Shown piece after piece: positions 25,131-37,565 of a DNA stretch of 64,000 nt. Numbering within the stretch: the first letter of the stretch is position 1; each line of letters opens with the position of its first letter. A program made the translations under genes and the position numbers. This DNA is from Macrostomum lignano. Taxonomy: Eukaryota. The notes beneath the pieces were generated by a model. That model saw nothing but the letters and a program-made list of their open reading frames with translations, ran no database searches and was not told the DNA's origin. The DNA is taken from contig NIVC01002256.1 of the NCBI GenBank assembly GCA_002269645.1, forward strand, positions 62,001 through 126,000. The letters run 5' to 3'.

Positions 25131-25769
25131 TCAGGTATTCATGTACTTCGCGGCACAGTTGACCGTCACATTGACGAAGCTCTTGACGTAGACTCGATTC
25201 TCGCCGCCATTTTTCGGGCTGCATCTCTGCTGTAGCTTGTACACCTGACGGAAGTAGACTATGTCAACGCATTTTACTGGCTGTTGCCGACCGTTGCTCT
25301 TGTACACGATTGCTTCAGACTGAATGCATTCGGCGTGCACTATTAGCATTGGCACGGTGTCCGGGTAGTGCATCACCCTGTAGCGCACTGGACACACCCG
25401 ACTGCTCAGATCTCTCAGCGGCTTCATTACCGGCATTGCTTCCGGGTACTGATCGTCGGTTTCCGATGTCTTTGCAAGCTCTTGCATCTGTTCAGCCAGG
25501 CTGTTCCACTCTTGAATTCTTAGCTCCTTCGGTAGATAAGTGTCGGCTGTGGAGTTCACGATCTCCTCGATAAGGCAGTCGGTATTGGACCTCTTTGTAA
25601 AACAGTTGCTTACGATTGACCTTGAATTGTTGTCTCGACAAGTGACATCTGCGCTGCTGTTCAGTCGAATAAACGTTCGAGGCTTAGAGCTGCCATCGGC
25701 GAGCACCGAGTAGACTGTTATTGCTGCTAATAGCGAGCAGCAGATCGCGGCCTTCCTCGTGGGCATCAT
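25131..25769 (-). CDS. Secreted IL-17/noggin/trunk-superfamily cystine-knot-like protein, paralog 1 (intronless, 212 aa)
   Basis: Hydrophobic signal peptide; C-terminal RVCPVRYR...YPDTVPMLIVHAEC...KCVDI...RQVY...RC...YVKSFVNVTVNCAA. Confidence 0.7.
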   Translation of the reverse strand: MMPTRKAAICCSLLAAITVYSVLADGSSKPRTFIRLNSSADVTCRDNNSRSIVSNCFTKRSNTDCLIEEIVNSTADTYLPKELRIQEWNSLAEQMQELAKTSETDDQYPEAMPVMKPLRDLSSRVCPVRYRVMHYPDTVPMLIVHAECIQSEAIVYKSNGRQQPVKCVDIVYFRQVYKLQQRCSPKNGGENRVYVKSFVNVTVNCAAKYMNT

Positions 25770-28700
25770 GTTTTTGGGGCTTACTAGACTTTAAGACGTT
25801 TACAAAGATTTTGGTTTCAAATGGATTTGATTAAGCTAACTCATGCAAGCAGGGTGCTGCTCTTTTTATGTGTTTCTAGATGTTTACAATGAAAAACTCC
25901 ATGTCCCGGGCTGAACACGCCAGTGACTAAATTAAGCCAGGAAGGTGGTACTATCAAGAAGTGAACGAATCTGTGTGTTTACGTGTGTCAGTTTGTCACG
26001 GGAGCTATACTATCCTGTGCAAAATATAGCCAGTAAAGTGTCAGTGTCAGCCCCCAATTGACACCTGCGTAACGTGTACTGCAGCAGTCATTTCTAATTT
26101 TAAACTACTTTTACTTGAAAACACGCGTAGGCGTGTGTACATGTAGTAAATCTCTGCTGGACTGTAGATTGATTTATAAGTCTGGTCATTTGATTTATAT
26201 CTAATATATCATGTATCATCATATATTTAGTTCCAGTTAGGATTTGATTTTAGTAGCTTATAGTTATCTATTAAGGTCCTCCTGTAGGCTAAAAATTCCA
26301 TTTCATAATAAGTAGTACATGTATAAGTAACGTGTTTAGTGACATCGTTATGAGTCATGACAATTCACACGTGATGGGTTTCGACCTTCCGGCCCCCTTG
26401 TGGGGAAGCCTTCGGGCCTCAGGCTCAGAAATAAATCAATTAGAGACCTGGCCCCCCACTCCTGTCAGATGGTCAGCCCCATGGTAGCTTGATCGTGTGG
26501 CGAGCAGTCTAGGTCCTATAGCTAAGAGAGGGACAGCGAGAGAGACAAGCAGGGAGAATTTTGAAGGTAGAAATCAGTTAACCCGCAGGTTAGCTAACTC
26601 GCTGCCACCAGCCCGTACGTCCTGGCTCACCACACCGGGACTCTCGAAATCGGGCTTCCGACTAGAAGGGGCTTTGCACTTACCTGCCAACTAGTGTCTT
26701 TTTGCTGTCAATCCCGAAGTCATAGCCGATGATAAGGGACACTGCTGGGACTTGATCGCATTCGCCATGCAGGTACAGAGGGGACTTGTGCAGGGTATTC
26801 TTGCAGTGGCGAGACTAATGGGGTAGCTACATGTACTATTACATTGCTAAATACGAAGAATTGTACTTTTGGCCTTCGACGCGCCAACTAGCCTCTCCTA
26901 GCGCTGATGATAGACTAACTCGAACTTCAGAGACCGCATGATTCATTTACCCGAGCCGCTTGGCTAACCTAGAGTGCACAAAGTACATCTCTGGCGCCGA
27001 TTCTGCACTCCTGGCAGCTTCGCTAACTGATTTGATAGATTGATCAACTGAGAACTGCCTTGCCATTGGTCCACTGTGACCGGCGCCTACTAGCTTAGCT
27101 ACTCATCTGAGCCATCGGCGAACAAAGAAATAAAACCGATAAAAATAACTGTTAGATTTAACCTTCTCCTTAGATCGCTTCACACTTCAGATTGAATTGG
27201 AGTTTAGACTACTAGCAGTATTATTGAATGACTTCTGCCTCAGCAACAGCACTATTGAACAAAATGAGCAAAACAGGGGACAGATAAGGGACCACCCAAT
27301 CAAGCAAGTCTAGATAGCCTCTCACCCAACCAATCAGAAACTCAACAGCCGGAGACCAGGAAATCCACAGTAACCGAATCGGCTTGATGCTTCGCAGCTG
27401 TAGACTCGGGATGATGCTGTCACAGTCCTCGCAGATAGCTAGCAGGTGATGATCTTAACTTTGATGTTCGCTGCTGATGACCGGGGGACTCGTCCTTGAT
27501 GATGAGGGGGGAAGTCGCAATCCGGGGATCAAGAAACGACGGTCGGGCTCCGGGAACCAGAAATGTCGGGAAGGTTCCTCCGCGGGAGAGCCGGGTGAGG
27601 GTCCGAGCGGGCCAAAAACACCGGTTTAAATAGCCGCCAACTAGACCACAGTTTGTTATAATGGAACACGTCGATTCTGATTGGCTGAGCCGTTTTGTTA
27701 AAATGAGCGCCGAATTTTCTGATTGGCTTAGCTTGTTGCTACCCAGAATCACGTGACCGGGAGATCCTATCAGTTCCCACAGGGTCGTAAAAAGATGACA
27801 GGTGCGGCCATAAATTAATCAAAATCGCAACAAAATGATTTATGACTTTTCGCGAAGGATTGACAGAAATTAATGAAAAAATATACATTAGAAAGCTCTT
27901 ATTAAATAGAAAGTGAAGATAATGAAGAGAAATCACTAATCGCTAATCCCAAAGTACTTTTAGGGGTAAAACGCATAGCTGTCAAAGCTGTCACACGCTT
28001 GAGTGAACCCGGACAATTGGCTCTGACCTCACAAATCTTGATGGCCTGTCAAAATGATGAGAAAAAAGCTGCCATTCGCATCCCCTCAGGCCATCTGGCG
28101 CCAGCCTCAACACTGAGTGAGGCGCAGGTGGCTGTCAGACAAACTTTGAAAGCGATGATTTACGACCCAAAAAGCTGCGCCTATGTTATTATGACTACTA
28201 GTATGACCAAACATTATATCTAGTATAGATTCTATGACAATTCGCAGAAAAAGAATAAAAATTCCCTTAGCCTGCTGTCAGTAGGCTAGTAAGTTTAGAG
28301 CCCATGTGCTAGCGCGGGATTTGGGAAAAAGTGCGTCCTCATCACATGTTACATGTAAATAGTGATAGATGATTAACAGACTAAATATAAAAGGTTCCCA
28401 TTTTAGCTGTATTGTCTGGATTCCGTGCTCTGGAGTACTCTGGACTAGTAAGGTTACAGGTGATGCGTTGTACAGCGGATCACTAGCTTCAGGAATGAGT
28501 GTCGGCGTCGAGTCGTCGACTGACTGACGACTGACCAGTTTGATCATCTGATGAGATTCAGACGGCAAAATAAGAAATGTCGGGTAAAAAAAACAAAAAA
28601 TTCGAAAAGTACCCATTCATTCTCAAACTCTCAATCAGTCTCTTAAGTTTCCATGTACATCTTGATTTCCCAACTTAAAAATGGACAAAATGAATCAAAC

Positions 28701-31700
28701 ATCTTTACCTTCCAGTGTTCATGCACATTATTTTCTTTGAGTTACGATTCAAAATATTAACTTATAAAATATTTCAGAAGCGAAATTTTTTATTACATTG
28801 TTAAAAACTGCATTTTTTTGTTTTTGAACGTCCGGTCCACTCCGGGAAAACCCTATTTAAATTCACCACCTCCCTGAGATTTTCAAACTGAAATCTGAAG
28901 TTTTCAAAGGAATTGGAACTTCGTACCTCACATTCACAGTCACAGGCTCACGTTTCACACCAGCCGCAACAAATGGAATACAACACTCGACGCAGCTCTG
29001 AACTGACTCCCCCATGCTGTACTGTAGTTTAGTATAGTAAGAAATAGCTGCATATAGCACATGGGATCGCCATCTCATTTTTGTATTACTATTATTAGTG
29101 TCATTTTTGTTAGAAAATGTATTGTGGCTTTTTAAACTTTCAATTAAGGATTTGGCCCTTATCCCGCCGGGATTTGGGTTTGTAAACTTTGTATTTTTTG
29201 CAAAACTCAATATTGTAAACTTAAAGTTTAGATTTATAGCACTTCTGAGAAGGAAAACTTTTAGCAGGAATTTACTCTAAAAATTCGTTTAAAAAACCAT
29301 TTTTTATTCTGGGTGTTTAGGGGTTCAATCCTGAGATCACAGGGATTCCAAATTCGCTATCATTTTTAGTATATTGGATTAATAACAAAGATATCAAACA
29401 AACAAACAAACAGAAAAATTGCTAGGACTTTTAGTTTTTTTAGTATTTAGAAGCCACAAGGAATAACTAAACAAACAGCTTGCTAGATAATGCACAACAC
29501 TCGTAATACTACTCTATTACCGGAATTGTTTAATGCGCCACTTGACTTGATTTGGCCTGGGGGGCGGGCTGGGGGTCCGGGGGCCGTAGGTCTTAGAGTC
29601 TTTATAGGCCCTGGGGGCCGGGGCCCTTGCTTCTTTGTTGTTTTGTGCCTTCGCTTCTGGAATGCGATAAAATAGTGCCACGAACCAGGCTCCGTTAAGT
29701 GCCGAAGACTCCCCTATTCTCTTCTATGCCCCTCCCTTCCGTTCTCTCTGCGCGTTCTCTCTCTAGCTTCGATCGATAAATTCCAAGCTTAGGCAGCACT
29801 CTGGTTGGCTGGTTCAACCTCCCCCACCCTTACGGCACACCTACCCCCCCAGGCCCAAAACTCCAGTTAGAAAAAGGACACAAAACCTTCCTTCCCTTGC
29901 GTTGTTTGTTCGTCTGCTCTGCTGTTCCACTTAGCTCCCCGCATTTTAACCTAGGCCTCCGGTGTGTATTAGCCAAAGGATTCCAAATCCCGCGTCTGAT
30001 TCCTTTTCTTTCCTAAGAGTGTTCTCTATCCCCTCTCTCATGTTGGAAAAGCCAGTGAACCAACGTAAGTTGTGTCATCGAAGTCATATTTAACTAACAA
30101 CTCCACGTTACACCCTTGCCTTACACAAGTTACACAAGTTACACTACGGCTTGTACTTTGCCGGTTGTCATTTTGATTTGAATACTCTACTAGCAAACAA
30201 AGAAGCTAGTCTTAATTATAAAAACTTTTTTAGAAAAAATGACTCCAAACCAATTGACGTCTTATCTGACAGTACTGGAAAGCTAATTGGCTTAGCAAAT
30301 CTAGCTATTTAAAGCAAACGCCCTCGCTCTAATACTGTCAGGTAATGATGTCTATTGAAGGAGTATTCGCCAAGTGTTTGCCAATTGTTACCATTCTGTC
30401 CATCTTGCAGTTTGTAAATGCTACCATGGACAACTCTAGTTGTCCATGAATGCTACTCGCATTCAAGTCGCCAGCTAGTTGGCCAAGCCTAAGCCTAAGA
30501 TATGCACGTTTACCCAGCCACTGTTTATATTTCGCCATAATAGGAACTAAATTTTTGTCAAATAAATCCATATAAAAATGACGGCATTGGGCGTTAGACT
30601 TAACATGATTTACCGTGTTTTGGAATTTTGTGCAGACTGCGGACTCGTGTTATTTGTTGCTCACTGCAAAAGCAAAATATCTCTTATAAACTACAATCTG
30701 CAACTGCTTTGCTATAACAAGTATCAACGTCGTAGTTAATTTTAGCGATTAAGTTTTCTCCAATTCTAATTTCTAATATGATATGGCCATGCCATCATAG
30801 GTGAGCACAAAATCAAGCTGAAACTTGGAATTAACTACAATTACAATGCGCCATATCAGTGCCCAATAATTTGCCGATAATTAAACAATTAAACTAATTT
30901 TACAGATAAGAAAATATAAAGATAATGGAAAGAGTAAGACGAAGGAATGAATAAACAGGAACAGATTACAGAGAATAAGAAATAAAAAATCTGGGTAATT
31001 AATTAATTTATTATGTCAGAAAAGTAGTAAAATATGTTTGTATGCTAATACTAAATAATACATCACATCAATACCGCAGCGAAAGCAAAGATCTTCCGCC
31101 TTGCTGTCTGGGACTCGGAGAGCTACTACTACTACACTACTGGCTACTGCTTCTTCGCACACTTCTGTGGTGATTTTTGCTCCCGTCCCGACTCCCAATC
31201 CCAACTCGGCAGTGTATATTTATGCAATCAAAGTGAGTTACGAGCGTATTTCCGATACATATGCTCGCTACGTGTATGCGTTATACTAACACTATTTTTT
31301 ATAATACATGTATGGGTGTAGATGCGCATAAAGAAAGTAGACTATAATATAATAAGTACATATATCAATTCTATCCGAGTCTGTTTGCCTGAGAATTATT
31401 AAGCCATACAATTTTGGAATCGGGTAGCACACGTTTAAAATGTACTTGAAGGTGTTTTTTTAATGCTGAGAATATGCCAATGCTAATATAATGGATAGGC
31501 TGCACAGAGTTAAAACGAGCTAAAACGTCAAGGCACCGAAGCGTTGTATATGGTTTGTTTCTGCCTCTACGTGTACATGTACGTTAGTATTGATGCATTG
31601 GTGTTGCAGTTAGCGCGCCAAGTGAGGATTTACCACAGACAGTCTCCCTCAAGGCGTGCGGCACACTGTGACACTGGCTTTGCTCTGAACCAAAAGGTTT

Positions 31701-32499
31701 ATTGGCCATAGACGTTCTCAGCGGGGGCTGTCGTGCGCTTCAACCTCTTTTTAACACGCGTACAAGTATGTACATGTAAGTGAAACGATTCTTAGTCCTC
31801 CTAAAACAATGAAATTGCCATAGACGTTGCTCCTCTGGAAAAGGATCGGACTGGGAAATAGAAAGAAATAAGCGAGAAATACATGTACGCTTCTGCTTAC
31901 TGCCCAAGTTAAATGACTACATGTACATATAAATCAGGGGTCGCGGCAATCGACTGCCCGCGAAGCCTCTCTAACCGGCCCTCGGCTCCTTTGTGAAACT
32001 TTGCAATAGCAATCCGGCCTGTTCAAGGTTTGAGTCTCTTCTCAGCTAACTCTTCTTTTCTCTCGCTGTCGCCTCCCTCTCTTCTCCACCAGTCTCTCCT
32101 CTTCCAATTCCCAATTTTTTCACCTCTCCTTCGCTCTCCTCTTCCCCTCTCCTCTCTCTTCCCCTTTCTCACCTCTCCTCTCCTCTCTCTCCCTCTCCTC
32201 TCTCTCCCCTCTCGTCTCTCCCCTCTCCTCTCCTCTCTTCTTTCCACTCTCATCTGGCCACAACCATAAGCTGGAGCTGGATTCTTTATCTGGCCCTCGA
32301 GGTGTTTCGCCGACCTCTAGACAAAATGAAACTTCATGCACATACTTACATGAATGTACATGTACATCAGAGGGTTATAAACTGCAATGCATGAAATCTT
32401 CTACATGTACATGTATATGGTGGCATGGTCATATGCATATGTATAATTGTACATGTATTCGGTAGTCTAAACAAGGGAGGTGCTAGAGACCAGAAGTGT

Positions 32500-33230
32500 G
32501 CTACATGTAAAAGAAGAAGGGGTGCTAGAAGCAGAAGGGGTGATAAGCAGGAGTGCAAGAAGCAAAAAGGATACTAAAAGCAGAAGAAGTGCTAGAAGCA
32601 GAGGGGATGCTAGAAGCAGAAGAGGTGCTAAGCAGGAGTGCTAGAAGCAGAAGGGGCGCTAGAAGCAGAAGGAGTGCTATAGAAGTAGAAGGGGTGCTAC
32701 AAGCAGAAGGGGCGCTATGAAGCAGAAGGAATGCTAGAAGCAGAAGGGGTGCTAGAAGCAGAAAGGGTACTAAAAGCAGGAGCGCTAGAAGCAGAAGGGG
32801 TGCTAAGCAGGAGTGCAGAAGGGGTGCTACAAGCAGAAGGAATGCTAGAAGCAGAAGGGGTGCTAGAAGCAGAAAGGGTACTAAAAGCAGGAGTGCTAGA
32901 AGCAGAAGGGGTGCTACAAGCAGAAGGGGTGCTAGAAGCAGGAGTGCTAGAAGTAGAAGGGGTGCTAAGCAAGAGTGCTAGAAGCGGAAGGGGTGCTAAA
33001 ATCAGGAGTGCTAGAAGCAGAAGGGGTACTAGAAGCAGAAGGGGTGCTAGAAGCAGAAGGGGTGCTAGTCCTAGAAGCAGAAGGAGTGCTAGAAGCAGAA
33101 GGGGTACTAGAAGCAGAAGGGTGCTAGAAGCAGAAGGGGTGCTTGATGTACATGTATATCAGAAGTCAGGTGTGCTGGAAGTCAGAAGTGTTTTTAGCAG
33201 CAGAAGGGATGCTAGAAGCAAAAGGTGAGC
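32500..33230. repeat. Degenerate minisatellite, 18-bp unit
   Basis: gctagaagcagaaggggt repeated. Confidence 0.85.
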
Positions 33231-33889
33231 TACATGAAGACGCTCCTGAAGCACATGAAGCAGCTACAGGGCTCATGAAATTTTGAGCACTATCGCTATC
33301 ATTCAAGCTTTGCTTTTGCTTTGCTTGCAATGGCGAGGGTCTTTGCTTGTGCCTGCCAATGCATATTTGCCGTACATTAAGCATGCAGGCTCCTCTTCCA
33401 CCACACACAGGCGCTTCCGCATTGCTTTTTTATGAAAAGCATTCAACAATGAGCACTCACTCCTGGGCGAAAACGGGAAAATTGTTTTTTTCTGCAACTT
33501 AACTAAAAAGCAATTGTCAATTCTGTTCAAGAATTGCCCCAGAATTGCCCTGTAGCTGTGTATGCCATCCTGCTACCGGTCCATTCAGTCTCTTTGTTTC
33601 CTTTGTCTTCATCAGAATGAAAGTCTCTCTGTGGGGTTCTATCCATCAACTCATCAATTGCATTGCCTGACATCTTCGTTGCTTATGCAGACAGAAACAT
33701 GATTGAAAACTTCTTACCGGAACAACAGTGGCAGCTGGAATTTTCCATTGTTCCTGAGCCCCCTGCTGCACCAGCACCGGCACACAACGGCAATGCGGAC
33801 CTGGCAGGTGTTTTTAGGAAGCTTCCTGAAAACACTATTTTTTACCCACCGACAAACCTCTGCCGCTGATGTTTGCTGAGATGTGAGAA

Positions 33890-35629
<1,740 letters not shown>

Positions 35630-36434
35630 ATCATCATCTATCTATTTTTGTCATTTCTTATACTGAAAATATTTTTATGAGATAAAATTAAAATATTTGC
35701 TTAGTTACCTGTAGACTACTATGAGTAGAAGATTGTGAACAAGGAATGTCGAAATTCATAAGGCAAGTCATTCTGCCTATTTGTCATCATCCTATTTGTG
35801 CCAGATATCAATTCGTAGCGGTCGTAAACTTTTGATACTAATTTAGTTTTTGTTTATCGCGCTGCAAAACTGTGTGCTTCTAACTTGCTTGCTTCTGCTC
35901 CGGGAGAGGCCACAACAAGCGCAACAAAGTGGGTACAGCTTACAGCACAGCATTACAGACTTGTAGTTTATGCTGTCTCCCAACCAATGCAAATATTAGT
36001 AAACTGCCGATCGAAGTATTAATGCATACAGTGGGAAGAGTTGCATTGGAAATTTCTTGACTTGTCGGGTCCTGAACTGCACTGCCCCTCCGCCTGAATT
36101 CAGCTGGCACTAATCTTGTGGCCGCTTTGGACTGGAGTTGCGGGGGGGACTCTGGCTGGGGGGCTGCTGCGCCTATGCAGTAATGTATAGTATGTAACTT
36201 CTTTACTCTTAAAACGAACTATAGGCATGCATTTCTAGAATTAGAGATCTGGATCGGAAACAGAGCTCTTAATTTGGGTGTAAAATTTAATATTTAAAAG
36301 CGATAGTTCAATCTAATATAATGTATATTTAATAATATAGTGTATGTAACTTGTTTGCGACTTGTCAGCCACAGATCAGCTGGAAAAAGTAGGACTGAAC
36401 CTTTCTGGAGCCTAATCAGATGAAATGGCGCCTG

Positions 36435-36546
36435 GGCGCCAGCACCAAGTGGCGCCAGCACCAAGTGGCGCCAGCACCAAGTGGCGCCAGCACCAAGTGG
36501 CGCCAGCACCAAGTGGCGCCAGCACCAAGTGGCGCCAGCACCAAGT
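36435..36546. repeat. Perfect 16-bp tandem array x7 (ggcgccagcaccaagt)
   Basis: Period 16, visible directly. Confidence 0.9.
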
Positions 36547-36810
36547 CTTCACCACCAGGGCCAGGCTCACTCAGCTCGGGCCAAACCCGGTTCTCTCCGA
36601 CGTTTTCAGGCCCGAGAGTATCCCACCACTCGCCCGGTACCTCAGGGACACGGGACGAGATGATTTCTTCTCCACCGCCGGTGCGGACGGTCACGCTGCA
36701 GACGAGACCGACAGGTCCCCTTAAGCGACATCACTTCGATGGAAGTCTTTGGTCGCCAGAGGCTAGAGGAATGGGCGGTCGGACGATGCCCCCTGCAGCT
36801 AAGTCAAGTC
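36540..36810 (+). mobile_element. 3' fragment of a non-LTR retrotransposon (I/Nimb/Ingi/R1-like ORF2 C-terminus, 3' UTR and AAGTC tail)
   Basis: RARLTQLGPNPVLSDVFRPESIPPLARYLRDTG resembles the L..(F/Y)L..TG terminus of RNase H-bearing LINE ORF2; ends in aagtcaagtc. Confidence 0.5.
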
Positions 36811-37060
36811 AGATGAAATGGCTCCTACTCAGATATATGAAATGCCGCCTACCTACTCAGTTATGAAATGCCGTCTACTCAGTTATGAGATGCCGCCTAC
36901 TCAGTTATTAAATGCCACCTACTCAGTTATTAAATGCCGCCTACTCAGATAAAATGGTGCCTACTCAGATATGAAATGGCGCCTATTCGAATATGGAATG
37001 GCGCCTACTCAGTTATGGAATGCCGTCTACTCAGTTATGGAATGGCGCCTACTCAGACAA
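36810..37060. repeat. Minisatellite, about 22-bp unit with atgaaatggcgcc core
   Basis: atgaaatg(g/c)cgcctactcagtt repeated. Confidence 0.8.
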
Positions 37061-37211
37061 AAGGACGCCCCTCAAAGTTTTGTCCTCTGAAATGAGAGTG
37101 TTTTCCATTCCGGACTCTACTCTATCTAGAAGTCCCTGCCAAGAGGGTCGAGGAGAGGGTTGACGTCCATTCCCTCACTCTACCCCTTCGCGTTTATTCT
37201 TCTGCCGTATC

Positions 37212-37270
<59 letters not shown>

Positions 37271-37565
37271 GCGCCGAATAAGTTATTGATTTCACTTTGC
37301 GCAGATCATGAGGCCCGCTGCACCTCCTCCAGTTCTAGGCAGGCATTGGGCGAGAGATCGACTGGCATTAATCTGCGCGGCCAGGGTTCATAAGTAATAA
37401 AAACTCGTTGCGGCGAGAGGCGTGCCTTCGAACTATTTTATTTTTATCTCTACTTTCTGCTAAAATACAACCTCGATTGTTCCACGGCATCATCAGTGAC
37501 AGCTGAAAGTTCCAATTTGGTTATATATCTGCGACACTCGTCCTCACGAATTACTTTTTGAGACT

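Noticed and set aside
26330-27400. Possible LTR or primer-binding-site remnants (tggcgagcag, tggcgccg, aataaa)
   Set aside because: No paired LTRs and no gag/pol similarity that I can support.
28278-33869. Short ORFs at 28278-28616, 28863-29210, 30338-30571, 33303-33530 and 33663-33869
   Set aside because: No recognisable domains or consistent exon chain; cannot be supported without expression data.
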